DNA of 64,000 bases from Mobula hypostoma. Lineage: Eukaryota. The stretch covers positions 28,894,001-28,958,000 of the forward strand of contig NC_086109.1 of the NCBI RefSeq assembly GCF_963921235.1, in the 5' to 3' direction. Of this stretch, positions 33,488 through 47,466 are shown piece by piece (positions within the stretch are counted from its first letter, which is position 1; the number at the start of each line of letters is the position of its first letter). The notes under the pieces were generated by a model. The model was not told the DNA's origin and made no database searches. It saw nothing but the letters and a program-made list of their open reading frames with translations. The translations under genes and the position numbers were made by a program.

Positions 33488-34562
33488 CAGTACTGTGCAA
33501 AAGTCTTAGGTATATATATCTAGCTTGGGTGACTAAGTCTTTTTCACAGTACTGTAGTAATTTTATGTATTGAATTGAATTGACCTTATTTCTTACATCC
33601 TTCACATACATGAGGAGTAAAAATCTTTATGCTATGTCTCCATCTAATAATTTATAATAAATTGAACAGTCAATGCAATATAAAGTACACTCAAGTCAGC
33701 AGGAGTTCATCAGCCTGATGGCCTGGTGGAAGAAGCTGTCCCGAGGCCTGTTGGTTCTGGCTTTTATGCTGCAGTACTGCTTCCCGCAGCTGGAATAGAT
33801 TGTGGTTGGGATGGTTTGGGTCCCCAATGATCCTACGGGCCCTTTTTACACACCTGTCCTTGTAAATGTCCTGAATCAAAGGAAGTTCACAACTACAGAT
33901 GTGGTGGGCTGTCTGCACCACTCTTTGTAGAGTCCTGCCATTAAGAGAGGTACAGTTCCCATACCAGGCAGTGATACAGCCAGTCAGGATGCTCTCAACT
34001 GTGCCACTGTTGTGCCTTTTTCACCAAACAGCTGGTGTGTACAAACTACGTGAGGTCCTCAGTGATGTGGATGTCGAGGAAATTGAAGCTGTTTACCCTC
34101 TCAAACCCAGATCCATTGTACTGTACTGCTGCCACAAAAAAAACAAATTTCATGACATATGAGTGATGATAAACCTTATTCTGAATTGGTTTTCTATTGT
34201 GTACTGAGAGGTGGGAAGGGGGCAAGGCAAAGAGAATCATACTCGGGAAAAGAGAGGGGAGGGAGCATGAAACACCATAGAGACATTCTGTAATAATCAG
34301 TAAACCATTTGTTTGGAATGAAATGACTTTGCCGGGCGTGTCAGGGCTGGGGTGTGCCAGCCACCACCCACTGCTGGCACTTCTTCTCTGTCACCTGTCT
34401 CACATCCACCCTGCGACACTCCACCCTCACCATTCCCAACATCCTTTCCTCCCACCAGATTTACAAGCTCTCTCCGCACTCCACATTGACAAATGCAGTA
34501 CTGTGCAAAAATCTTAGGCGCACTAGCTATTTACATGTGCCTAAGACTTTTGCACAGTACTG
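33488..34562. mobile_element. Tc1-type composite MITE, copy 2, with a hairpin cap at each end
   Basis: Caps 33488-33554 and 34496-34562 each read cagtactgtgcaaaa.tcttagg...ctaag.ctttt.cacagtactg; outer TA dinucleotides. Confidence 0.85.
33571..34116 (-). mobile_element. Rex1/Babar-like LINE 3' fragment nested in composite MITE
   Basis: (ttcaa)n tail; coding remnant RVVQTAHHICSCELP.IQDIYKDRCVKRARRIIGDPNHP; sibling at 50115-50615. Confidence 0.8.
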
Positions 34563-34569
34563 TAGTTAC

Positions 34570-34830
34570 TTAGAGACATGGCATGGAACACGCCCTTTTA
34601 GTCCAACGATCCATGCCGCCCAGCTACTTAACACTAGCCTAATCGTAGGACAACTTACAATGACCAATTAACCTACTAACAAGTATGTCATTGTACTGTG
34701 GGAGAAAACCAGAGCACCCGGGGAAACCCATGTGGTTGATGGAGAGAACGTACAAACTCCTTACAGGCGGCGCTGGAATTGAACTCCCAACTCCGATGCC
34801 CCTAGCTGTGATAATGTTGCACTAACTGCT
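34570..34830 (-). mobile_element. V-SINE-like element
   Basis: tgtgggagaaaaccagagcacccggggaaaccca...ggagagaacgtacaaactcc. Confidence 0.75.
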
Positions 34831-34849
34831 AATAAAACCTGTACACTAT

Positions 34850-35500
34850 TTCAAGATTGAAGTTTGTTTATCACGTGTACCTCGAAACGTATAGTGAACA
34901 GTGTTGCTTGCATTAACCACCAACACATTTGAGGGTGTGCTCAGGCTAGCTCAAAAACGTTACCACACCTTCGGTTGCAACGTAGCATCCTCACGATGCT
35001 CAGCAGAACAACACAGTAAACAAGAACTAAACAACAAAGCAAGCCCTGTTCCTCCCTTCTGGACATGTGCATACACAGTTCTCTAACCCCAAGGCAGACG
35101 ATCTTCTTCAGTCAACACATGCAGACATTGGGCCTTCAACAGCCCCAGTTGACTCCTAGCCCCAGGGTTCTGGCCAATGGGCCTTGAAAGCCGGACTTTT
35201 AATTCAGCTTCTGGGCCTCAGCCCTTGGCAATGACACCAGCACCTGCCGATCACTGAACACCAAGCCTGGAACTCTGGTCTCACCTGTGCACAAACTCAG
35301 TGGGTCATCAAACCTCGTTCCTCCTGCCCTTTTGGAACTCTGACTCTGGAACCCATTGACCATTCGCTGACCCTGGGGGTGGGGAGGGTGACCTTTGTCG
35401 ACACTGATCTGTTGGTCCAACATCTGTCTAAACATCCCAGCCCAGTCCGCCGATGTCCATTTAGCTGTTGCTCTCCTCAAATCTCTATTGGGTACTTAAG
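34850..35500 (-). mobile_element. SINE-like element, same family as 18870-19575
   Basis: Reverse match of 3' region (tttatcacgtgtac.tcgaaac.tatagtgaa; acaagccctgttcctc). Confidence 0.6.
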
Positions 35501-35631
35501 ACTCCAGACTGTCTTTTCTTTAACTTCTAGATGATACTTCTTGGCTAGCAAAAACAATCATTGGGAGCGGGACATTCTGATTCTGTCCCAATGAAACAAT
35601 GCAGGGGAAAACAATAGGTGAATGTTCATCA

Positions 35632-36515
35632 GAAACAAGAGAAAATCTCAAGATGCTGGAAATCCAAGCAACACACACAAAATGCTGGAGGAACTCAGCA
35701 GACCAGGCAGCATCTATGGAAAAGAATATAGTCAATGTTTCAGGCCGAGACCCTTCAATAGGACTGGAGAAAAAAAATGATGGGTACAGTTAAAAGGTGT
35801 GGGGAGGGTAGGGAGCAGCATGGGGTGACAGGTGAAACAGGGAGGGGGAGGGCTGAAGTAAAGAGCTGGGAAGTGAAAGAGATACAAGGCTGGAGAAGGG
35901 GAGTCTGATAGGTGAGGACAGAAGCCCATGGAAGAAAGAAAAAAAATAAAGTAAAGCAGGGAGGAGGATCAGAGGGAGGTGATAGGCAGGAAAGGAGACA
36001 AGGTAGGAGGGGGGAAAGGGGGTGGGGAACGATGAAGGAGATGGGGGGTCATTATCGATGTTCATGCTATCAGAAGGAATACAAGGTGTTGTTCCTCCAC
36101 CTTGAGTCTGGCCTCATCATGACAATGGAGAGAGCCATGTATAGACAGAGGAGTGGGAATGGGAATGGGAATTGGAATTAAAATAGGTGGCCACTGGGAG
36201 ATCCCGCTTTTTCTGGTGGACCTAGAGCATAGGTGCTCGGTGAAGCGGTCTCCCAGTCTATATCGGGTCCCACCGATATACAGTAAGCCACATCAGGAGC
36301 ATCGGACATAGTATATGATCCCAACAGACTCACAGGAGAAGTGTCGCCTCACCTGGAAGGACTGTTTGGGGCCTTGAATGGTAGTGAGGGAGGAGCTGTA
36401 GGGGCAGGGGTAGCACTTGTTCTGCTTTCAAGGGTAAGTGCCAGGAGCGAGATCAGTGGGGAGGGACGAATGAACAAGGGAGTCGAATAGGGAGAAATCC
36501 CTGTGGAAAGCAGAA
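35632..36515 (-). mobile_element. Penelope-like element, 5'-truncated, degenerate
   Basis: Collinear with 19975-20944 including GIY-YIG remnant and degenerate hammerhead at ~35730-35765. Confidence 0.88.
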
Positions 36516-36739
36516 AGTTCATAGGTGAGTGTTCATAGTAACTAGAGATCATTGAAAACCTCAGAATGACATCAGGGAAGACACGAAGTGACCATCTCCT
36601 GTGTTAATATGGAATTCAGTTCAGTTCAGTTTTGTACTGAACATTTTAGTTAGTTTGTATATTCGGGGAATCATCCCTCAAACACTGTAACAAAAGGGTG
36701 CTTTATGGTTTACTTTTTGGTGTTTGGAGTTTGTACGTA

Positions 36740-37252
36740 ATCAGACCGCACACAGTATTGTACATAGTTCTAGTTGCTATATTTTAGGGAGGATGTGTAA
36801 ACCATGGAAACAGAGTAAAAGTTTACCCAGATGCTGGCTGGATTACACAGTATAAACTACAAGGGCAGGTTAAACCAACGAGGGCTGTTCTCCTTTGAGT
36901 GTCAGAGGGAGACCTGACAGAGATTTTAAATGTCATGAGAGACACTGATAGGGTAGATAGTCAGAATTTCTTCATCAGGTCAAACATCAGATCACATGCT
37001 TTAGAGGAGGGGATGTTTAAAGGCAATGTGAGGGGCAAGCTTTTCGTTATGAGAATTTTATGTTCCTGGAAGCAGTGGAATCAGGCATTTTGGTGGCTTT
37101 AAGAGGCTTTTCAATGGGCATGTAAATTTGAAGGGAAAGGAGGGATCTGGATAATAAGAGGAGGACATTTAGTATAAATTGGCATCACGATCTGCACAAC
37201 ACCATGAACCAAATAGCCTGTTCAGTGCTGTACTCTTCTACATTCCATGTTA
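36740..37252 (+). mobile_element. CR1-like LINE 3' fragment
   Basis: Similar to 9780-10310; tail gtgctgtact.ttcta..ttccatgtt. Confidence 0.7.
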
Positions 37253-38364
37253 AATGCCAGGAAATGGTACTATGTCCAGGAAGGCGCCCTGGTAGGCACA
37301 GATGAGTTGGGCTAACACTCAATGACTTTAACTCCTTGACTCTCTGAACTGCAGATGGCTGATAAGCCTACTCAAGCTCCATTTTTCCAACATTTCTGTT
37401 TCCTACCAGTCTGTGACGCTGCATTATCAGTGCCTTGTAATGGAAACTGGAGGAACTCCTCAGGGGAAACAGTTTCAGCAAAACGGGGAAAGAAAAAGAA
37501 TATAATATTGATAGGAATTTGCTTCAGAGGCATCAACTGACTAAATAGCTTTGTTCTATGTTGTAGCAGTTCTATAGTTATGATCCCACTTGCCTATCGG
37601 TGCATTATTTTGAATAGATTCCAAAATTAAATTAATTAAATTATGACATCATTAGAAGACTTATTGGCAATATAAAAACGCATTAGTAGAAACCAAAGAG
37701 TTAAATTACTCAGTAGGCACTTATCAAGGACTTTGAAGCAATAAAATTGATGTTCCTTTTATTTTTGGAATTTACTCCTATTAACTATGGAAATTACATT
37801 CAAGTGAGCAGTCATAATATTCAGGCGATTATCACAGCAAGCCACCTGCTTTGCCACAGATTACTATGCTTCGCTTTCTTTTGTACATGAAATGTTGCCC
37901 ATAATGCCTCCTGCTTTCAGAGTCTTTGTAGCTGTGTTTAGTTGTTTATCCTGTTTGAGTAAGGGAGACTTTCATAAAACAAATCAGCATTAGCAAGTAG
38001 ACAGCATAAATTATCGCTGCCTTCCAGAATACATTATGAAAGAGAAAAATATGCAATGCAAGTCTTATAATACTGTTTGCAGAATAACGTGGCATTCACA
38101 TACAAAAGGTGTATTTATTCATAATCAATATCAGTGCCGTAAATAATAGAATTTAAAGTTACAAATGATTTTTTTTAAAGAAAACAGGACTTCAGCAGAA
38201 TCTCCTTAAGTACGTTGTGGGACTTCTATGGAAATCAACACACATAAAAGCTTTGACATTTATCTATCATATTCCAAATGTTTCATTGCTTCCATTATCA
38301 TTTATGAAAATTTCTCTCCCCAGGAACATAAACTTGCCCCTCTGATTGATCTCAAATATAGAAG

Positions 38365-38682
38365 ATGCAGCACGGTGGTGCTGTGGGTGGAGGTTCAGTT
38401 TCGACCGCTGCTGCTCTCTGTGCAGAGTTTGCTTGTTTTCCCTGTCATATTACAGTTTGGGTTGGGTGCTCTTTTATCCTCCCATGTCCCAGCAGCACAC
38501 AGTTTGTTAGGTTAAGTGGCCACTTCAAGTTTCCTCAGTGTGTTAGAATCTAAGGAAAGTTGATTGGGATGAAGGGAGAATTAAGTGGGCTAAGGTAGGA
38601 TTACTGTGAAAATGAGTGACTGATAGCTTGGGTGGTGGGCTGAAAGACATGCTTCCATGTTGTAAGTCTCCATGATTCTATA
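38365..38682 (+). mobile_element. V-SINE-like element, degenerate
   Basis: gcagcacggtgg head; tgtgcagagtttgc.tgtttt.cctgt core. Confidence 0.6.
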
Positions 38683-38737
38683 TTGCTGAGTCATACACAT
38701 GCACTCAAACACTCACACAAATGAGTTTTGGTGGCTC

Positions 38738-39275
38738 TGAGGATACAGTGGTTTAGTTACTGAACTATTATCCACAGGGCAGGACTATTGACCCAAAGAC
38801 AAGTTTGAATCCTGTCATTGCAGCTGGGGAATTTCAAGATCCAAGATTGCTTATTGTTATTCTTCAGCACACAAGTGTAAAGGAGAACAAAATGATTATA
38901 ACTTGGGGTCCAATGCAGCAATAAAAACACAATGGGTGTAAAGAAGACAATATAAAAAAATACATTAATGCAAAAGGTAGATGCAAAAAGTTAGCTTATG
39001 TCAGGTAACTAAAATAAATCCAGAATTAAATGTAAAAAGCATCAATTACCAGTCAGGACCACAGAAAAATTGGTCATTTAATTTACTAATATCTTCAGGG
39101 AATGCCATTTTCATCCGATCTGGGCTGGATGTGATTTCAGACCTACAAATGTGGTTGACTTATAACTATCCCCTGAATGATTCAGCAAGTCCTCTGGTGC
39201 AAGGACAACTATGGATTAACAATTAACATTGGCTTTGCCTCTAACATCCTTGTCCTATGAACAAATAAAAAATAT
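38738..39275 (+). mobile_element. Old tRNA-derived SINE with nested insertion (~38838-39010)
   Basis: B-box-like gtttgaatcc; tgtggttgactt.taact..cccctga; tail atgaacaaataaaaaa. Confidence 0.55.
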
Positions 39276-41049
39276 TCATATGGAAAGCCAATCATTCATT
39301 GCTGAGTTTTTGTCCTCTGATTGCCCTCAGGATTTGCATAAGGCCAATTAGCCTTTAATTGACCTCAGAAAGACACTCCAAATAGATTTTGTGGCTTTAA
39401 AGGGAAACACCAAGTTAATCACAGTTGGAGTATGGCAGCCAAATAATACCCTGTGTATTAATTCAGCTTGTAAAATAACATACCCTTTAATTTGCCAGTA
39501 AGAAGAAGGTATTCTGCACACTAAAATAATAGATGCAACAAAAGATCAATGGGCAAATCTATAAATAGCACTTAATTGTAGAGCAATGATTAGAGCTAAA
39601 TAAAATAAGCATTACTTAACTAACTAAATAAGAACAAATCCATTTTCATGTTTCATCTTTACTTTGGAATCCACTCCTGTGAGGCACCTGTAGGCTCACT
39701 TTTCGTTTTAATCACTTGTTACTAACTTCTGTTACGATTCAATACAAATGCAATCGATGAGTCACGCCACAAAAATCTTCCTGCCAAATTCACAATCTCA
39801 TTAAAAATAGTGAATAAGACATTATCATCTTATCAACACTCTGGACTTTGGAGATGATTTTTTTTTTGCTGACCACAATGCAATGGTTCCTGCTGGAAGC
39901 ATTCGATAACACAGTTTGCTGCCTTGAGTTCACTTTATATAACAATTGTCCCAAAAGGTTTCATTGAAGCACTGTCAAATAAAATTTTGATATCAACCCA
40001 CACTGGTGCATTCCTATTAAGGCACACTGTATATGACTAGCTTGGTCAAAAAAGATACCTTGAAGGATAGGTAGAGAGGCTTAATGAGGGAATTCCAGAA
40101 CTTAGGGCATTAACAAATGAAAATATTAATGAAATGGTAATCATTTCTCCAAACATGCAAGAGTTCAGTGTTGAGAGAGCAGAGAAATCTAGGAGGGTTT
40201 GAGACTAGAAGAGATTATAGAAGTAGCAAAGACACAATTTAAGATAATCATGATCATATATTTGAGGCACTGATAAATTCAGTGTCAGTGAGCATTGGGA
40301 TGGTGAATGAATGGAATGTTTGAGTTGGAAAACGATCAGAATGGTTTTGGGTGGCTACAGGCGATCGCAAACCATGACATAAGGAAACTGAACTGAAGCA
40401 TGGAGAATGCTACTTTATGGTCTAAAGGTACTTCAGGTATGGAAATCAGCACTGGATGATGGAATGGTGCAGGTAAATTGTCGGCTGCCCAACTTAAGAA
40501 TACGAATCCCCTGGTTTAGTTTCTTCCAGCTCCCAGAGAAATATGGTGCTGGGGATGAGGCAACAAAATTTATAAAAGGAGTTGAAATGCATGGATTTGG
40601 CTATTGCAATGTCGACCTTGGGGAAGCTTCTACTTCCACAGTCCTGATACCAGGTAAATATTCAGGTAACTCTGAGAAAATTGAGGAGAGGTGCAGCTGA
40701 ATGTTAACATATTCGAATTGGCATAATGTTTTCGATGTTATATTATCACTAAGATGCAGGATAGATATGGATGCAAAATACGGGAAGGCTCCCTATGGAT
40801 TCGTGGGGGAATATCAAGAGTAATTGTGTGTGAATGAAAGGTAAACTATTTCTGCCTCTGACCACAGAGCTAAAAATAGATTCAGATTAATATAATCTAG
40901 AGAACAGTGCTGAAGAATTGGTGTAGTTAACTGGACAAAGGTCCCAGGCAGGTCAAAAGGTAAAAGAGGAATAATGTTGTGATTATCCCAGATGCAGAAT
41001 AATTCTAATACTAAGCAGCTGTGGAGATTGATAGGGTGGTAAAGGAGTA

Positions 41050-41270
41050 ACACAGTACGATAGTGGTTAGTGTCATGTTTTGAAGGTCCAGCGATCTGGG
41101 TTCAGCTAACCCCAGCTGTTTGTAAAGAGTTTGCATATTCTCCCCGTGACTGCGTGGGTTTCCTCCATGTGCTCCAGTTTCCTCCCATGGATTAGTAGAT
41201 TAATTGGTCACATGGTGTGGCGGCGAGAGCTCATTGGGCCAGAAGGATCTGTTACCATGTCTGTATTTGT
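41050..41270 (+). mobile_element. V-SINE-like element
   Basis: gagtttgcatattctccccgtgactgcgtgggtttcctcc..gtgctccagtttcctccca. Confidence 0.75.
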
Positions 41271-41302
41271 TAAGGCAATGAGTTCAAGTTAGGAAGTTAC
41301 GT

Positions 41303-41812
41303 TGCAACACTCACAAAATGCTGGAGAAACTCAGCAGGCCAGGTGTCATCTATGGAAAAAAGTAGACACTCAACATCTCAAACAGAGACCTTTCATCAGG
41401 ACTGGAAAGGAAGGGGAGAAGTCAGAGTAAAAAGGTGAGGGGAGGGGAAGAGAAGTGCAAAGTGGTAGATGTTAGATGAAACAGGGAGAGAGGAAGGGGT
41501 GAAATAAAGAACTGGGAAGTTGATTGGTGAAAGAGTTAAAGGGCTAGAGAAGTGGGAATCTGATAGGAGAGGACAGAAGACCATGGAAGAAAGGGAAGGA
41601 GGAGGAGCACCAGAGGAAGGAGATGGGCAGATAAGAGAGAGGTAAGAGAGGGAAATGGGAATGGGGAATGGTGAAGGAGAGGGGGTGGGGAAATTACTGT
41701 AAGTTCAAGAAATTGGTGTTCATGACATCAGTTGGAGGCCTCCTGTATATTGGTAAAACCCAACATAGATTCAGCGAGCACCTCAGCTCCATTGGACAGA
41801 AAAAGAGGGATT
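41303..41812 (-). mobile_element. Penelope-like 3' fragment
   Basis: caaaatgctggag.aactcagcaggccagg..catctatgg, purine-rich UTR; small inverted GIY-YIG piece (LLYIGKT) at ~41735-41810. Confidence 0.8.
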
Positions 41813-44800
41813 TTTCGCAGAGCCAGATACCAGAGGAAGTAAGATTGGGAGGGCGAAGGAAAATGTAAAGATATCGGGTGACCAAATGTCCAATTTTTTT
41901 TTGCCTTTAGTCAGTTAATTTTCTGTGACATTCCATTTCAATGTCTCACAGAATGAATAACGATTACCTGTGCAGAATTATGGGAGGGCAACTGATGCCG
42001 TTGAGATGAACTTTACGAAATAATCCACAGGCAAAAGCAATCCACAGATTTCCTACTGAAAATATTGAAACTTATGCAGATATCATTTTAGTTTATGTAC
42101 CTTAGTGAAGAATATTATACAACATGTTTAGTATTTAGGATAATTATGTGATAATCTTTTGCATTTTTATTTTTAATACTTTTTGATAATATTCTGATTT
42201 CACTTTTATGTTCCAATCTCAATTTAGTCCATGACATGTCAATACATAACCTCAAGTAGGAAGGGGTTATTTGTTTCCTTTTTTAAAAATATATAGAAGA
42301 ACTCCACCGTCTTTATTTTCGATGAAGTCCCATGCAAAAATGCTACTCAAAATTGGTGGCACATTCTCTACTTGCTTATGTTGATCTTAGCAGCTGCTTC
42401 TGTCCCTGTAAATGGACAAAATCTGGCTCAGAATATGAAAGATTTTTAAGGAGGTGAATGAGACAAGTCAAAATAAGGCCCAGAAAATTGTTAGGATTCT
42501 CAAGAGGGCGGTGATGCTGAATGAATTTTGCCATTTGACAGTAACAAATGGAACCGCACATCTATGCTGGCAGCACTTCTGCAGATTAAAACAATTACTT
42601 TGTTCCTTAAAAAATAAGTAAGAAAAGAACAGCAGACCCTCGTCAGCTTAGGCCACAGAAACCTCTTTACAAATCATTTCCTTTTCTCATTGACTTCAGG
42701 CTTCTGTCCAGCATTGCCCTGTATCCCTTGATAATTAATGCCCCATCTGCTGCCGCAGTCCTCGCTATATCTCCTGTACCAGACTGCCTGGCTGCTCCAC
42801 TCCACTGAAAGGAGTGGTAACAAATAATGCAACACATTTCACCAGCTATATTGAGCTATATGCCTATATTTTTAACATCAGCCTGAACAAGATATTGAAC
42901 CCACATTAAAAGGTGCATACACTTCAGTCAACATTGCAGAGACTATACATTTGTCAAAGGTGCCTTCCTGCTTCCTGATTGTTTTTTAATTTGTGTGTCC
43001 GAGTAAGACAATCAATAGTCATCAAATGCAACATGAGTATACTTGAAGTTCAAAATAAATGTTGAAAAAGCTTTTAATTTAGGGAAAACTAAAAACTATG
43101 TAGAGAAGAACAGAATTCTTGCCACTTTGTGTATTACAAGGCAAAAAAGAAGGTAAAACTTAAAATTTTACGCCTATTATATATCAGCAACCAATTTCCT
43201 TGGTAATTTTTATTACAGTTCTACCTTTATCTGATCTCTACAAAATACAATCCTCAAGTCAAGTAGTCACAGCGTGACAGCGAAGTTATTGACTGCTGCT
43301 TTGCTCCTTAGCAGAGGTGCATTATCAGGCATACCAATTTTAATTGTTAATATATTCTGAGGTATTAAAATACAGTAAGATTCAGGACAGTCTTTTTGCA
43401 CATTTTTATAACTGGTATATTCCAGAGTCTGTGCAACCCCTGAAGGTGATACCTAGCACCTCGGCACGTCTGGGGGACACCTACTGGGGATGAGAACATG
43501 TCATTTTCAGCATGTCTGTGAGAGGCAAAATAGTGTCAGTACTGAAAATTGCCACCATCTGGCTCACACCTGTTTTTTGCTAATATAGCAGAAATGACTG
43601 AAGGTTATTAATCCTGGTTGAGCAAGGTCCTATGACAGACAAAGTTTGTCCCAGTTGAAGAGTATTTGCTGACATTTCACATTGTGCTTTTGATTGATAA
43701 GGTTCCACTTTCATGTAATCACTGGGGAGTCACACACATTACTGATTATTGAAGCATGGTTCATTCTCAGTATTCACATAATGAAGGCACTCAAGCTTTT
43801 ATGTAGTGCCGGTCTTGAATAATTTCAAAAAAGAACACAAGATGCCTGCCTTAAAAGCAGATTTCTAACCCCTTCGAGACACCAATAGCATAATCAGTAA
43901 AAATGACTTCTTACAGGAAGACCAGACATCAGAATAGCCCTTGACTACATAAGCATTCTGTTCATTGTTAGAACAAATTGTACATCCTTCATGTGCTGTA
44001 TACTTCCTACTAAAATGGAATATTGCAGAAATATTTTACCTAGATAATTTAGATAGATATAATAGACTATCTATTCAAAATGGGATTGGAACATTTATAC
44101 AGTATTCAACCATTAACTGATATTTTTCTCCATGTTTTTCTGAAACATTTCACAGTCCAAAACACCCAAGCTGTTTTTTAAAACATCTGAAACGAAGTGG
44201 TTAGATATTTTCTGGCTTTCACTAAATATTGTGTGCATTATTAAAAACAAATTTTCTGTCATAAAAGGATAAATATGCATTTGTCTCAGAACGATAACTT
44301 CCTGATCAAATTTTATATTTTGATTTGCAAATAAAGTTGATGTTCAAGCATTAATGGCAATATTTAAAGCTTAACTCATTCTTTCTTCCTTTCTTATCCC
44401 TCCTTCCATCAAGCAAATGACAGAGAAGGTTGAACACTCATACTACCGGGCTCAAGGATAAATTCTTTCCCATTGCTTTAAGATTCTTGAACAATAAAGA
44501 TGAACTCTCAATCTCCCAGTCAACCACCACACATCCCTTGCACCTTATTTGTCTTCCTACACTGTACTTTCTCCATCACTACAACACTATATTATGCACT
44601 CTGTTATTGATTTTCCATTTATGTTACCTCAGTGTACTTCTGCTTGGAATCATCTGTCTGGACGTCAGCCAAAACAAAGCCTGATACAGGAACTGGTCAA
44701 TGAGACTCCCCATAATTCAGCAAGTTTCACCTTAACTGAGAAACTGTAATCGCTTTCTTGAAAATTCATTATTCATGAAGTGTTGACCCATTTTTTCCAA

Positions 44801-45914
44801 TTTCTGTTTCAAGTAATTTGGAAAGGAAATCATGGTGTCATTGGTCCATCTCATATGAGTTCGATCATGTTATTTGGATATTAATATAGTAGAATTAAAT
44901 GAACATGCACAACCAATTCTTACTTTGTTTTCAGCATTGATTATAATAATTAGGATGGGAGGCTAGGTTTGGCTGTTTTGCAGTTTAAGTTGGTTCAGCA
45001 AACATGTGGATTTAGTTTAGATTGTGATTGTGCATTAGAGGTAAATAGTGTGACAAACTGACATCCTTTCATTGCTGTAGTGGAGCATCAGTGATCAGAT
45101 TAAGTCCCATTTTGTATGTTTTAAAGTGAAATTAAGTGATAACACATGGTTCAAATATTAAAACTACCATCTTTATGGGGAATCTCATTATACTGGTGTA
45201 GACTTCATTTGACTTCAGAGTAAAGCTTTATATGCAAGATGAAGTACCTCTATTGATAGCTATGCCTTTGAGTTAGGTATTAGAATATACTAAATTGATA
45301 ATCATGCCATTAAAATTACAATTTCATTCAATCATTTCCAAGTTTCTTTATTAACATGAAAGATCTAATTTACCTGCGATGAGAATTAATTACAGTTCAT
45401 TCTAACAAACTTGAGTTACTGTTTCTCATTACAACTAAGTTTATTTTAAGTTAAGAGAAATATTTTGTTTTGGTAAGGTGAATCTTTAAGAATGGTTCTC
45501 TTCTCTTGTCTTTGATGAATTTGTAGTTATCAGCTTCTCAGTTGTCAGTCCTGTTCGTTTGAACTCTAACATGCTGGGCATTAGCACAAACTCCACGGGG
45601 CATAATAACTGTCTAATTCCAGTGATCAATGACCAGTGCATTCTGCTGAGATGGAAATCAAATGCCCAGAGGTTCTATGATATCTGGGAGTAGGTGTAGT
45701 ACAGCCTTACTGCAAGTTTAATGCTATAAGTTTCAGGTGTATCTGTAAAAAGCTGATTAAGCATCACAAAGTTCATTGATTTCTTGAAGTTTTATTAGAG
45801 TTTATGCAATTATCTTATTTATTGTGTTGTTGTCCATCCCTTGCATATGTTCATATTTCTATGCTATATCAGCCAGATTCTTGATCAGAGGAATTAAATT
45901 TGACAAAATTTATA

Positions 45915-46447
45915 CACTTAGCAGTCACTTTATTGGGTGCATCTGTGCACCTGCTCATTAACGCAAATATATAATCAGTTAATTATGTGGCAGCAACTCA
46001 ATGCATAAAGCATCCAGAAATGGTCAGTTGTTTTTTCCAGCCAAGCATCAGAATGAGGAAGAAATATGATTGAAGTGACCTTGACCATGGATTCAATGTT
46101 GGTGCCTGATGGGGTGGTTTGAGCATCTGAGAAACTGCTGATCTCCTGGGATTTTCATGTGTAACAGTCTCCAAAGGTACAAAAAAAAAGAAGCAGCAGT
46201 CCTGTGTTAAAAAACAGCTTGGTAATGAGAGAGGTCAGAGGAGAATGGCCAGACTGGTTCATGTTTACAGGAAGGCAACAATAACTCAGATAACCATGCG
46301 TTACAACAGCGGTGTGCAGAGCATCGCTGAATGCAGAACATGTCAAACCTTGAAGTTAATAAGCTGCAGCAGCAGAAGAACATGTGCATGTACTCAGTGG
46401 CCATTTTATTATGTACAAGAGGTCTTCAATAATGTGGCCACTAGGTG
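45915..46447 (+). mobile_element. Deleted Tc1-like transposon: left TIR, transposase DNA-binding remnant, right end formed by a TIR-TIR hairpin
   Basis: TA-flanked; coding remnant SD.DHG..VGA.WGGLSI.ETADLLGFS..ERGQRRMARLV..RKATITQIT.RYNSG; hairpin 46391-46447. Confidence 0.85.
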
Positions 46448-47282
46448 TATTATTACCTTTTTTCTCTATCTTTTCCAACTAATCAGTGTTGAGGGGATGC
46501 ATCCTTTGTTTATTCAGTTGTTTGCGACAGGGTAAGATCTTCAGGTGATATGATCGCACTGATACTGTCTAAACATTTTCTTCTTGGGTGCTATTTTACT
46601 TACCATTTTTCCTTTATTACACACTCTACTCCAAGGGCATTACTCCACAAACTTTGGCCCAACTCATCCATGTCAACCAAGATGCCTATCTAGGTTAATC
46701 GCATTTGCCATATTGATCTATTACAATGTCTTTCTACATATTTTAATCAAGACTCTTAAGTGTACATATGCTTCCTATCTTTGTGAATTAGTTCCCATTG
46801 TCATGCTTTTAATCTAAGAACATAAACATTTGGAACTGGAGTAGACCACATGGGTCCTTAAATTTGCATTACCATTCTGTACAATCAAGGCATAATTGAC
46901 CTTGAACTCAACTCAACTTTTCCACTTATTCTCAAATTTCTTAACTCATGTATGGTCCAAATATCTTTATCTCAGCCCATGTTAAAAAGATTAGCTTTAT
47001 TTGTCATGTGTACATTGAAACATACAGTGAATTGCTTTGTTTGTGTCAATGATCAACATAGTCCAAGATGTGGACAAGTGGCGCCAACCGAGCATGCTCA
47101 CAACTTATTAACTGTAATTCGTATGTCTTTTGAATGTGGGAGGAAACTGGAACATCCAGAAGAAACTCAAGCTGTCACTCTTTACAGAGGACGGCAGGAT
47201 AATGCTTCTTCCACGGTTCTCTAAGGTAGAGAATTTTGATGGTTTACATTGCTTTGAGAAAAGGAATTTCTCCTTGTCTCTT

Positions 47283-47466
47283 CACAAACAAGAGAACATC
47301 TGCCGATGCTGGAAATCCGAGCAACACACACAAAATGCATGTTGATGCTTCGGGCCGAACACCTTTGCCAGTCCTGCCGAAGGGTTTCGACCCGAAACGT
47401 CGACTGTACTTTTTTCCATAGATGCTGCCTGGGCTGCTGAGTTCCTCCAGCATTTTGCGTGTGTTT
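47283..47466. mobile_element. Fold-back Penelope-derived mini-element
   Basis: Inverted pLTR arms; right arm cagtc-ctgccga-agggtttcgaccc-gaaacgtc-gactg (core A->C). Confidence 0.75.

Noticed and set aside
39925..40900. Possible old L2/CR1-like LINE on the minus strand
   Set aside because: Only faint resemblance; boundaries and family not supportable by eye.
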